A stretch of 64,000 nucleotides of DNA from Phoronis australis (taxonomy: Eukaryota > Animalia > Phoronida). Shown here in pieces: positions 14,100 through 27,094 of the stretch. The translations under genes and the position numbers were made by a program. The notes beneath the pieces are model-generated. The model made no database searches. It worked only from the letters and a program-made list of their open reading frames with translations, and was not told where the DNA came from. Where the stretch lies: positions 237,165 to 301,164 of the forward strand of contig NMRA01000128.1 in NCBI GenBank assembly GCA_002633005.1, given 5' to 3'. The first letter of the stretch is position 1; every line of letters starts with the position of its first letter.

Positions 14100-16110
14100 T
14101 ACATTGAACCCATCCAAAAATGGGAAGGTGTCGTGGTTTCTCAAAATCATTTGCCAAATTTCATGAAAGTCGGTCAAAGAACTCCAACAAAGGCAAATAA
14201 AATGTGAAAAAAATCAAACTGCTCTTAGTAGGAACCATAACAGTATAGTCGAATCAGTCCATCTGCTGTCAATTTAATAGGAATACAATTGCAACATTTT
14301 AAAAACATCTTGCAAAGGGTTTAGGAGATACAGCCGTAGATGCAATAAAATGTCACTAGAAGGCATCAAAGTATTTGGACCTGTTTGAAAATCCACGCCA
14401 GTCATGCTCTGGTCAGCAGGAACACGTCTGTCCATTTTCATTATGATCCACAGCGCAGTTAGGCAGATACAGAAGCAGACGACAAAACGGACTAAAAATA
14501 ATTACTAGAAGGCGCCAGAGTAGCCAAACCCATCTGAACATCAGCTGTGGTCTCCTCAAAACACACTAGCCAATTTTCAGCACTTTGGCAGATAGAAAAG
14601 TGGACACCAAAAAACTGATTCAAAAATTTTAAAAAACCCCGTCATGGCCACTACGTAACGCAGAATTGCCAGAGCCATCCCAAAATGGAAAGGTGGCGTC
14701 ATCTCCTTAACAGAAACCTATTTACCAGATTTCATGAAAATCCATCCACGAATTCCAAAAATACAGAGTCAACCGTAAAAAATAAAATTGCCAATAGGGG
14801 GCACAGCAGTGGTCGGAGTGGTTTGGAATTCGTCATCATCCACTGTCAGCTTCATAGGACACATCTGCATTCCTTAATAGAAACCAATTTCCCAAATTTC
14901 ATTGAATTTCAGTAAACAAGACAGAAATATACAAAACAGCAATGAGTTCAGGATATGGAATGGACGACTGTGGATTGAATTGATGTAATAGCACTGAATA
15001 CACAAGACAGGATTGAATTGTCATACAGTTGGCATTGAGTTCATTAAATGGAAGTGAATATACATTTTGATGTTTTTTGCATAAACACTGCCCATACAAG
15101 TCCCAACAACCACAAAGGTCAGGTGGTTAATTAATCACCATATCAGTTACAGTGACCTGCATGTACAGTGGATCCTCTATCACAGGGTGCAATGAGTCGT
15201 ACTTTAGCTGGCAGATCCCTGATAACAACTAGATTGCCATGCTATTTCATTGCTTTACACTAAACTTGCAAAGAAGAGTCTTCCACCATATCTTTAATTG
15301 ATGCAGGAGTGGAGAAATCCCTGGGAGATATACCCAGTGTTTCCAGAGGACAGTTCAAGTTACTTGTCAACATTAAAACGGTTTCTGCACTTTGAAAATT
15401 CTAGGTTGCAGTTTCTTCAAGTTGCTGGCTACTCAGACAGTATAGGCAATGTAATCGTTGGTTCTAGACCATACTAGATGCTAAGTAACTATACTTAAGA
15501 TAAACTGCTTTCTGATTTACGTCACTATAACCACTCTAACAAAAGCCTTACAGGGCACACAGTGGTAGTCGAAACCGTTCGAAAGTCATAGCCATCTACA
15601 GTCAACTTCATAGAAATACACTCATCAAATTAAACACTAAGATTCAGCAAAGGGTTCATGATACACAGCCTCGGATGCAAAAAACAACAAAACTATCACT
15701 AGGAGGTAGCACAGTAGTTGGAGCTATCCAAAAATCATTGTCCTATTCCCAGTAGGAGCACATACACATAGGCCTGCAATTTTCATAACCACCCTTAGAG
15801 TGGTTTGGCTGATAGAGAGGACGCCAAAAACAGACATGAAAACAGTAAATGGCCATTATGTGAAGCAGAATAGGTCAAATTCCTTGGAAAACAAGAAGGC
15901 ATTGTTGCCTCCTCAATAGCTACATATCTGCTACATTTCATGAAAATCCGTCAAAGAACTACTTAAGATACAGAGGCAAAATTGCCACTAGGGGGCACAC
16001 TGGTAGTCGGATCTGTCTAAAAATTCACTCATGCCGTCCCGTCCATGATGGGAACATAACTGCAAAATTTGCAAACATTCACCCGAGGTTTTGGAGATAC
16101 AGCAGCAGAC
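14100..16110 (+). repeat. Degenerate satellite-like array of related units, possibly the central repeats of a Helentron-associated element
   Basis: Recurring blocks (a/c)atttcatgaaa(a/g)tc (about 14157, 14729, 15935), ggagatacag, and gcca(c/a)tagggggcac...tagtcg (14790, 15984; degenerate near 14353, 14502, 15548, 15695). Confidence 0.6.
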
Positions 16111-16292
16111 GCCACACAGACACTAGGGATGGTGGTGCCACACAGACACTAGGGATGGTGGTGCCACACAGACACTAGGGATGGTGGCGCCACACAGACA
16201 CTAGGGATGGTGGCGCCACACAGACACTAGGGATGGTGGCGCCACACAGACACTAGGGATGGTGGTGCCACACAGACACTAGGGATGGTGGC
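16111..16292. repeat. 26-bp minisatellite, 7 copies
   Basis: Unit GCCACACAGACACTAGGGATGGTGG(T/C) repeated head-to-tail at 16111, 16137, 16163, 16189, 16215, 16241, 16267 with no spacers. Confidence 0.97.
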
Positions 16293-18159
16293 AGAACAGT
16301 GGTCTCATCTAACTCCGTTCTGCTCAGTTCAGAAAAGATCTCTGGACTAACGCTGTGTTAATGCTTCAAACTAGACTCAAAGTTTCAAGAAACAATTGTC
16401 ACTGACACTTGCTGTTGAACGGGTTGTTTTTGTTTTTGCAAACTTGGCTAACCCATTACAAACTTGACCCATTTCATACCACCTTGTACTTTGCCAATAG
16501 ATTTTTACAGGAACGGCTCAGTTGTCCAGAAGCTTGTTTATTAGGAAAACTGATCTTAGGTTCCACTTTTCTGAAGTAGAACAATTACAGCAGTACCAAT
16601 GACATTACAGCAACAAAACACCAAGTAAAATATATTGTGACATTCAGTTGATTATTTGTAATTGCTTGGCTTTTGAACATTTGTAAAAAGTTAGATTAGG
16701 AAATAAATAAAATTACTGGTTCTCTGGTATCTGTTGATGGAAGTAATCACTTTGGCTTTCAGAAAACTGTGACAAATAACATATGAGTTCTGATGCTACT
16801 GACATTTATCTCTGTTCCCTGAAATCTCTGAACAAAAGAAGCCAACAATAAAAAGCCCAGTAACTGAGGAAAATGGCAATTCAAATTGCAACTGGTAAGA
16901 AGCATTAAATGTTCACGAGATGTACTAGCTAGCATTGTGCTTATGACTATTGAGTATATGTAAAACCAATAATGAGATTACAAAATAGCAATCAAATAAT
17001 AAATTTCATCTCAGAAAAAACGACAAGTGTCATGTATTTAATCAATTTTGCATAACAGAGAACAAACTAAACTCGAAGGAAGTGATATATGTCAAAAAGA
17101 AATTAGGAGTGTGCAATAAGTGAGATGATGACATGCATGTATTAACAAGAATGGTCAGTGTTGTCTGTTTTCTTTCAAATGAAACAGACAATGCAATGCC
17201 ATGCGTTTAAGCAGCAAGTGCCAAAAATTTCCAGTTGCTATAGATATAACACCAGAATACTTTGCACCCCCTCCAGTGTCAAAACACTGCACATTCTGGT
17301 CATGATCAACATAACTTAACTTATTATTAGCAGCCATAACAAATTACCCCCTTGCACCCCCATGACAGTTCACCACCATAAACCTAATGAAATTATCTAT
17401 AATTTATTGTAGATGAATAATTAACAAATGATGCGTCTGCTGACGAGAAGACTGAATTCGTCAAAGATTGCGTGATGACTTTGAAATATCATATTAAATA
17501 AGTTTCATCAGGAAACTCCATGACTTGACTTGGTTCCAAGATTGGTTCAAAAAGTTATTTAAAATGGGTAACAGAGAACTGAAACCCAGACCAAGATCTT
17601 TTTGGCAAAGTTTCATCGTATTTCTTCCAACAAAAAACTCACAGTAATTTTAAAGTTAAAACTTTTCACAACTCACAAGCTAGGAATTCAATTTCAGGAA
17701 CCAAACACTTAAAAATTACCTGTTTTGCAATGTCTACAAAAACATCAGTTTTTTTTAGTCAGTGCTTTATTGTGGTGCAATCATCACTAACGATCACCTA
17801 ATGGTCAACTCCAGACAGACTCATTATCTGGTATCTTGACGATGACAGAAACTCTGCTTACAAATCTGAGGAAAGTTCTGCTTAAGTTTCCAATGTCATA
17901 TCATGTGGCTTTAACAAATGACTGCAGTCAGCTCTACTGCTGACCTACAGTATCTATTCAGCACTTCACAGCAGGAGCATGTATACATGTTGGCTAATTT
18001 TACTAGATACTCTATCTATCCTGAATAAAGTCCAAGATTTAACTGAATTGGCTGGACTATCACTACTAATATGCCTACTGAATTTCCCGTCTCTGACTGC
18101 CAGCGGTGCTGCCTGAAATAATCGCAGGGATTTACAAGACAAGACATGGCATGCATCTG

Positions 18160-19090
18160 TACTATGGAACTACGCCACTAGTGTTACCTTGTGACGGGTC
18201 TTTCCTGACACTTGGCAAGTCATTTCTAACAGGCTGACATGTCAGTGATGCTGTCAATGTTCTTAAAAGAACCAATCAGTGTTAAGGTTATACAGTGTGT
18301 TGACCAAACCAATGAGGTCGTCAGATGTTTTGATGTTACTGACTTCTAGGACTTTCCGATCTACACGTCTTGTACAAATTTCGTTAAAATTGGACGAAAA
18401 TTGCGACCTGTAGAATGCGAACAAACAAAAAAAAAACTTGCTGTCAGACCAACATACTTGGCGGAAAAATTCCGCCAAGTAAAAATGGCCAGCACAGCCT
18501 CCCACAACTAACAACCTACACAATGTCCTGTATCCACTGAGCAAGACTGGAACATCTTCACTGATTAAGCAAATAGAACCTACAAGGACTCAATTGCTGA
18601 CACAGCACTTGAGCAAATCACTCCAAGGTCACAGACATCAAGTCCTCATCACTCAAACCTTGCCCTCCTTTATTTGGATAAACAGTCTTTCATTTATAAC
18701 ATTTTTGACTGCATGTACATGCGACTCTAACGTAGAAGCCACCGTTGTACTTTTGCAGGGTGCTAACTGTAACACTCCACAGAGGTGGATTATGATTCAT
18801 TTAATTAATACGAGTGTGCATGTAAACTTGTCTCTTGTTGGTCAAATGCAAAGTGGCAGGGCTTATGACCTTTTAGGCTAGTGTCAGGTCAGTTGGGATG
18901 TAAACTGACTGACATAGAAGCATACATCAACGCTGACCAAACCACAACGTCTTATTGGTCGCGCAGTAATGGGACGGTAACTTGGCACACTTGGGAAGTA
19001 AATTTCGAGTCAAGTCTGACACGCTTCAATGACTCGTAACGTGTCAGGAAAGACCTGTCACAAGGTGACGCCAGGGACGTTCCATACTGT
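18160..19090. mobile_element. Non-autonomous Tc1/mariner-like element with long terminal inverted repeats
   Basis: Left tatggaac...gtgttaccttgtgacgggtctttcctgacac is the reverse complement of right gtgtcaggaaagacctgtcacaaggtgacgc...gttccatactg|ta; the right end is ACTG-TA. Confidence 0.65.
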
Positions 19091-19891
19091 ACAACCTGGC
19101 TCAGTCACTGATGCTGCAAGCAGTAAACTTCAAGATGACCAAGCCGGTGTGTTACCATTGTGGCATTTTCTTGTTGCTCACAACTTAATTTTTCGATTCT
19201 TTATCCCAACATCAAGTTGGGAAGTTTACCCCCGGCCTGTAGCCAATATCTTACATGGCAGATGGTTGGTGGGCCACGCGCAGCTCTCTTTTGTTCGATA
19301 ATTGCTTTAATCTAAGATCGTATCTAGCCTGACTAGGCTGTGCTGTTAAAAATAACAGTTAAGTTATAACATATTTGAACATAAACCATTAGCATTTCTG
19401 AAATCCTGGTCAAATGGTGATCATGTTTAGTTTTTGAAACGCCAAAATCGCCCCAACTGCCACCGAAGTTAAAATAATCTAGCTATTCTACACATGATCC
19501 GTAATAAGCCTGCCTGTTGTCATAACAGACAAAAGAGAATGCTTGGCAGTTAACAAAGCTAGATGTTATCACACGCTCACAACCCCCTACGTCTGGTAAA
19601 GTCACTGAACGGGAAAACGGTGCGTAACGTATGGCCACGGGAGCGACGCCGCGGTAGACTCCCACTGCCGTTGCCCTGGATTGCCACGAGGGTCATGACG
19701 ACATTTTACATGTGCTTATCAAATTCAGAGAGAACCAAATACGTCACATACCTGAAGGAAGGCCCTGTAACATTCACCACCTGAACACAGATAAAAGAGC
19801 TGGAAACTCTTCTTGAACTCGTCGCAATGAGGCGAAGGGCCTGAAACCGTATTCTCATCATGTGGCGACACCTGGCAGACAACTGCAGAGC

Positions 19892-20319
19892 TGCCGGTGT
19901 AGAAATGATCCACCGGGTCATTTTTCACAGTAAATTTTTTTTCACGGTATCTAAATTAATGTGAAAAATTCCAATCCATGAAAAAATGACTCACGTCAGT
20001 GAAAACTTCTATCATTATTCAAAAGTTCCCCCTCAACAGGCGGGGTTGGGATAAGCAGATATATGATACCCGCAATGGGACCCTTCTCAACAATGTTCGG
20101 TGCGCGGATGTTTATGTCTGGGGCATAGACTATAATCTATGGTCTGGGGTGATTTCCTCCGGGGGTCATTTTTCACAGTAATTTACATTCAATTTAGACT
20201 CCATTAAAAAGCGACCCGGGTCGTTTTTAATATTAAAAAGTGGCCCGGGGTCATTTTAGTATTGAAAAAACGACCCATGGGTCATTTTTCACGCTGTCAT
20301 TATCAATGCTACACCGGCA
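19892..20319. mobile_element. MITE-like element with 11-bp TIRs and subterminal repeats
   Basis: TGCCGGTGTAG (19892) / CTACACCGGCA (20309-20319); the interior has repeated gggtcatttttcac and aaaaa(c/g)cgaccc motifs in both orientations. Confidence 0.65.
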
Positions 20320-22487
20320 ACATTGCATTTATAGCAACAGACCCATGAAAGACGTGTATCTATTTATCATATTCTATTATTAAATTACTATACAACCGGA
20401 AGAGCTATTTTAAATTTTAAGAGTTCCCTTGGGTAAGAATTAATAGCACCCTTAGTTCCCACTAAAACCTTATTTTTTTCTTAGGTAGTATTTCGGTGGT
20501 TACATATGAGACACTTCGTACTTTTAAACATTCTCCCATCAATTAGGTCACGTGATCGTGTCTGATCAGTAAAATTCAACAAGTAGAGAGGCATGTCTAT
20601 AATAGCAAAACAACTCGGTCAATAAATCTTCAGCTTCGCATTTTTGTAATGCTCATGCTCAAAACCAGTTTTCTAAATTACAGTTTCGTTTTTGTTTCAT
20701 ATACGTTATTTTTAGACTTTTCATCTGGGTCCGGAAAACATGATAAAATACTTGAGCTGTTACTGATGGCCGACGATTGGGCAACTCGTGTGAAGCGACA
20801 TCGACAAAAGAGTGTACGCCGGCTCACGATTTCCACCGACAGCCGCGTCTTGCATCTGGATGACAAACGCAAACCAATACCTTCTGACACCTCAGACTAC
20901 GCATATCACCTACTCCTGTCCCACTACCTTTCGTATAGAAAGCGAATGTACCCACCCTTGTAACTGGAAACTTTTCCTCAAAGTTTCCAACAAAGCTCAT
21001 TTCTTGTGGGCCCTTAATACTTATGAAATTTTTCATTACTTAATTCATTAAGACGCAATGACTGCAGTGTTTATCTACGCAGACGAGCACTTCCTAAATG
21101 TCGCCCACCTGTTCTGAATTAGGCCAACACAAACTTCGTTCTTAGAAATCAGTGGTTCACACAAAATGCTTGCCAACCCAATGCATTGTCTTTTCTAAGG
21201 CATCAGTTAACTATAAAGATAATTATTTCTTCTGGTTGACGACACAGCCATCAGCAGCAAAAATGATAATAAAATCCTTTGACAAAGAAAAATGATTTTG
21301 ATACCCATGTGTCAAATATTTGTAAAAAGGTTTCATGTCAGTTCAGTGCTCTATTTAGAATACGCCTCGTGCATGATTTACAATGTAAACAAATGGTATT
21401 CAATTCGTTCATATGATCTTAATTACTGTTGCCTCATATGGTTCCAATGTGGAATTCAAAAGAGTAAAAAAGGAATCCAAATACATGCCCCACGCTCTGT
21501 CTCCAATGACTCTGCCTCGGCCCTACAAGCATCTGTTATTCAGGGCAAAGTGTAAAGTACGTAATAATTTATGTAGAAAAATGTTATGCGTAGAGGTTTT
21601 TAAACATATCAACAAGATTGGTCCACACAGTCTGAATGTTTTTGTTGAGTGTGCAGCATAACGTAGTACGTTTTACGCAGTACGAATACGCGCTATATTC
21701 CACACTCTAATACCAAAAATATAAATTGCCAATTATGCCGGAGCTACATTGGTGTTAGGCTGTGGAATTTACTCCCAAATAATGTACACAACATAAAAGA
21801 TCTAAAAGACTTAGCTAACACTTTTTGATGTCTAATGTGAGGGTTAATGAGTTGTGAATTTCGTACAATTGTAACAATGTAGAGCAAGAAAATTTTCCAT
21901 TTGTTTTTCTCGTGTATGCCATGTCTGTATATAGTTATCTAAAACTGTTGTATAGTCTCACTCAGTTTATGCCGGGGACGAGCACGTGTGCTAACGTTTT
22001 ATCTGTTTGTAAACCATACGAATGTGAAATAAACCTTTAGTCACTTGCTAACTAACAAAAAGGCTCCTGCCGAGTTCCTCTGTTTACAGGCAAGCACGAT
22101 CTATGATAAGTGGAAGTTGTGCGCTGCCAGGAATTAAAAACTGACATCGTCTGGGAAGTTAATTTTTTTGGGTCCATATTCGCCAAACATCTTGTAGAGA
22201 TTACGACAGTGTAGAAACAGAATCCCAAGTTTTCAAGTATGTCAAGAACAGCGGTCCGCTCAAAATTGGACATGAAAATAAATCGTCGGGTACCCGGGTT
22301 TTCACCACTTGGGCCTGGATAACAGCGAGGAAGAGTAGGTTTGTGCCGCTATTTCCTTTGAACTGTGAGTGAGAAAAGCAGTCTAATCCGCTAAGACAGT
22401 GTCTCGTTTGACTACCAGGCCGCTTGATCCAGTGCAATGTTGACTTCACGCGCACACAGGAAGTTGTGCCAGTAGATCCCATATTGC

Positions 22488-22882
22488 ACAGTCCCAAATA
22501 GGATCGCAACTACTTCGCTTAAATAGTCAGCGTTTTTGTGTCTGTTTACTCACAAATGTTATATTTTCACTATCATTTTATCTTTATTAACAACTCCTTT
22601 TGACTCAGTTCCGTTTTTTAAATAATTTATCTAAAACAGCCTTTATTTCAATCAAATTAAATAGGGACTTAGTTCTTAGACTAGGGGTGTTGCACGAAAA
22701 GATCCCTGCCGATTTTCAATAATATTTAGGATTCAACGTAGAGTTCATTCTCAGTGTGTATCAAAGCCAAAAATAGACTTAGTATTGAAAACACAACAGC
22801 ATAAGAACGGACAATCTGTTTTCACAAGTCTACAAATGCAGTAAAATTGAAGAAACATTGCTGAGTACCTATTTGGGACTGT
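22488..22882. mobile_element. Possible MITE bounded by a perfect 15-bp inverted repeat
   Basis: ACAGTCCCAAATAGG (22488-22502) / CCTATTTGGGACTGT (22868-22882); no clear target-site duplication. Confidence 0.4.
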
Positions 22883-25800
22883 TCTATGAAACCGAGCACA
22901 GCGAAAATGCGCCGATTTTCTTATTCCTTGACACCCGTCTATTTGTTTTCTGGTTGAACAAAACTATTCACATAAGAATTGTAAACGATTAATTGTACAT
23001 CACTGTCCCTTCATGAAGGTTACATTTGCCTAAACCATGAATGCCTTATAATCAAAACTTTAACATTTTCAACACGCTTACGACTTGTGATAGCATGTTG
23101 TGGTGTATTTAGGATGCTAGCACAAAAGACAACACTTTGTACATCCGAAGGGAATTATTCATACACATAGACGAATACATGTGTGAACCGAGAATGAGCA
23201 CGGGACGGGTGGCGCACACGACTTGTAACGGAAGGAGGCGCTGGTAGCTCCTCTACAATAACGTGTCCGATAGGAATTTCAATAAAGAAATTGCGGCGAC
23301 TTTTTCAACCATTGGCGACAACTCCGCGGTGAAAAGATGAAATTTCCTGGCCTGGGCAAAAAAGTGGTCAATCCTCAACCCCTGGGACCACCAGATCCCT
23401 AATGGACGTAAATGCTTTTTGAAATCAGTTTTCACAAATCGTATAGAGTAATGGAATCAAGTGCAGCTCAGTTTGTAAAACATGTATTTAAATTGGAACT
23501 AACAAGGGCACAGCATTGGTCCAACTTTATATTCAATCATCACAGGAAACAAGTTATTTTTGGGAGTTTACAAAGACAGTAACTTATATAACTGTCAAGG
23601 AAAGCAGGTGTGTGGTCACTGATAATAGATGAAAGTCGTGTGAAAGGCTCATGACTTTTGCAACACACCATTATATGTTACTAGGCACCATGCCATTAGC
23701 AACAGATTAAACTTATGAAACACAAGTGCATGTCATTCTTCTAATATTAAGATGAAATACAGCTAAAAATAATGAACAACCCGATTATCCAAAAATAAGA
23801 CATCAAGTGGCTCTTCTGCTTTTCTTAAAAAAAACACAAAAAGAAAAACAATTTGAAAATGAATCCCAATACAAACGAGATTACAGTAAACAACTCTCCA
23901 AACATTGCCTTTTCAATCAGTTAGACCCTTTTTCAAAAACAAAACACAATATCAACAAAGAAAACAAGTTTGATTTCTTAATTTCTGGTGCTTATACAGA
24001 AGTAAACAAGTTATACACATGCATAGCGNTGGTACTATTATGGACCCACATATGCAAATGAGGGTGCATATTGCTGTCATTTCTGTTTGGCGTCCATGCA
24101 GCAGCAGCATCTGTATCTTGGTGAGAGTTTGCAAGTGTATTCCTGTCTGGATGATCACCACTGTTGGTCAAATTCGACTACTGCTGTGCAACCTACTAGA
24201 AATTGTATTTCTTTTTGTATTCTTCCATATCTCCCAGGTCTCTTAATGTATCTTAATGTGGCTGATATGGGAGTGTCATCGGACAATGCTTGCCTTAATA
24301 TTACTAAGTTCAGTGACGGTTTGTCAAATGTTTCTGGTTAGGTAAGCATGTCTAACGTTGATTTTCGGACTATTATGACTGCTGTTGTGCCCCCTTGGGG
24401 TAATTGCCTTTTTGCCTGCCTCAATACTTACCAAGTTCAGTGATGGAATAGGACCGTAGTGAAGTTTGACATATTAACTCCTAGTGAGGTGAACATGGCT
24501 TACATTGATTTTGATGAATTCGACTGGCTATGCTCCCTAGTGGCAGTTCTATTTTTTCATCTGACTCAATGCTTACCAAGTCGTCACACTGTTCGTGTTA
24601 ATAAAACCTTAGCTTACCTTGACTTTCAGATGGTTCCAATTACTGTGGCAATTTAAAAAAAATGAGCACTACTCGTATCCTTGACATTGAGGATTTGTAC
24701 AGTGGGCATATATCAACGATGTGTTGCCTCTGTTTACATTTAAGTGCTTGCCCACGAAATGTAGATTTAAGGTACAATAAACGGACACCTTCTGTCAAAA
24801 TCAAGGCTTGAAAAGAATGGACTGTTAAGTTTATTTCTTCAGACCAGTTGCAGTAAGTTGGTTGTCTCCTATGGTAAATTTCAGTTGGAGAAGCAGTATA
24901 GATGCCAGATAAATTTCAGGCATTAATGTTTTCAATTCAAATAAAGGATCAGAATGTGATGATGATTTAACAAACTAACAATGCAAAGTGGGATCCGTGA
25001 CATCCACAGTTAGAGATTAAATGAAGTAGTTTAAATTTAAATCATCATTGTTACGGTAGTTCATGAGAGTGTAATGGGTCAAACTTTGTGGCCTGAGCAT
25101 GCATTGTGCATCTCAGAAGGCACCAGGCCTCCTGCCTATTTTTTAGAGCATGGGATAATGAGAGGCTCAAACACGGGGTCATCCGGGATAAAAAAGCGGG
25201 ATTTCAAAAACAGGGTGTCCAAATAACGTCCATGACCAATTACGCGTAAATGTGTTTTTATGCTGTTGTGGTATGGTTCGTTTCTGCAGAGACATGGGTA
25301 TGTAATGCAGTTAAATTTATGTCAACCAATATACGATAGATTGCGTTGTGCAGTGTTCAGTAAGTTGAAGTATTTACATAAATGTGGCCTCATATAAATG
25401 TCTCCTATAAATGTGGCCTCATTTGATAATTGTACCAGTGCAATTTGAACCAAACTTTTCATGATCCCTGATAATGTTGCTCTGTGCTCTGATAATAACC
25501 TTGTTTTGTAATCCACCAGTTCATTCATTGTTGAAAAATGGGAGTCGTACTGTGCCTGTTATCAGGGTTTTTTTTTGTCTGATTATCCCTGTATGGTGTG
25601 ACATGTGTAGGTGGATACTATCACGTAGAAGAGTTGTACTGTAGTATTACTGTGTACAGTCAACTGCGCTACAATGGACCTTCTTTGAACCTTTCTAAAA
25701 TGTTTGTTGTAATCGATGTTCATTATAACTGGCCCTTGATGCCTTGAATTTGGGATCAAATATCTGCCCTGTTCCCCTACAAAAAATATTTTAAATCTCG

Positions 25801-26950
25801 TGAAATTCCTCTCATCAGGCTCTCAAATTCCTCTCCAAATCTTTTCAAGGTTGGAATCGCTTCTGCAAAACTTAAGTTTTGGCTACTTGAGGCATCGTTG
25901 GGTGGAAAAAGGAATGGGGAGATTTCCTCCTCAACCAAAAAATTATTTTCTCAGTAGGTGCAGGCACCTGTCCCCTTAAAATTGAGCAAAAGTTCAATGT
26001 AACCAAATCAAATTGTGTGCAGTACATTTGGCTTTGGTCTTGTTGAATGGAATGTTATGTGCAAGGAAATGTTATTAGTCAAGTTAGTTGTAACACGAAA
26101 TATGGTTCAGCTGTATATTTGCGCAGTGATGGGCTTGACATGTTAAATCCATACAACTGTAAAAATAGACTCCACTGACACTCAGAACTTGACCAAAAAA
26201 CAGCTGTTATGGTTTTCCAGTTTCCTAGGCTATCACTAACTCCTGTTTTTTTGGACACTAGTCAAGTTCCCCTCATGATATCCTAGATCCACCACTGTGG
26301 AGTTGAGTGTAGGTATAATGCAGACCAACTTACATTGAGCAACAAGTCCCAATATCACAGTTGTACAGTAAAGTTTCTTAGACTTCGGAGAAAAAGAGTG
26401 GCCAAGATTTTTCATTTTTCAGATGCTCACTGCAGTGTTAGAAATTGCAAAATTTTACCATGTGTTGGGTGATCTCAGCTGTTCAATATAAACACTGGTT
26501 GTCATGAAGTAAACTTTTCTTCCTATTTATTTTTGTTGAGAAATTTAATAAAATGTCAGTCAGTCGTGTTGTTTGGTCATGACTACATGGTTCTGTTCTG
26601 GCGCTTTCTGCACATTTGTAAGAATTCTGAGTAACTAATTTCACTTTCTGACACTTCAACACATTTCTTATCAGTGCAATCATCAACATGTAAGGAGGAA
26701 GTCGCACAAAAAGCATACTATTTTGAAAGCTTAATGTTATGGAGAAACGCTAAAATATAACCTCCCATGTTATTTTTCATTGTCTTCTCAAACCATACAA
26801 AATTTCTATGTATGGTACTACTGTATCCAGCATTGGTAGAAGGCTTAGCTTACCAAACCATGTAAAACATATTTAGTTTTTGTAAAAATGTGTTGTATAC
26901 GGTATGATTTTGAAAGCATTTTGACCAGTGATCATGTTTTGTCATTTCAG

Positions 26951-27094
26951 CTGCGTAAAATTGCTCCCGAGTATTACGAGGACCTGCCATGCCATACATC
27001 GTGGGTGAAAGTATTGTGGGACTTTGTCACTGACCCTGCCATCGGGCCCTACTCCCGTGTGCGTCGCTCAACAGAGATCTATAAGCACGACTAA
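26951..27094 (+). CDS. DEGS1: Terminal coding exon of sphingolipid delta(4)-desaturase (DES1/DEGS); upstream exons not found in window
   Basis: tttcag acceptor then [47 protein letters not shown], matching the conserved DEGS C-terminus (RKIAxEYYDxLPxxxSWxKVLxDFV...PYSR); long U-rich 3' UTR follows. Confidence 0.88.
   Translation: MRKIAPEYYEDLPCHTSWVKVLWDFVTDPAIGPYSRVRRSTEIYKHD

Noticed and set aside
16111-16292. Regular 26-bp repeats resembling a CRISPR array
   Set aside because: Units are contiguous with no unique spacers, there are no cas genes, and the context is eukaryotic: a minisatellite.
20678-20890. Arg/Ser-rich minus-strand ORF as a mitochondrial presequence exon for the peptidase
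   Set aside because: Starts at a non-ATG codon, and I found no donor of the phase needed to join the acceptor at 13575.
23280-23420. Candidate first exon of DEGS1
   Set aside because: CpG-rich with a possible donor, but no frame resembles the DEGS N-terminus (DFEWVYTDxPH).
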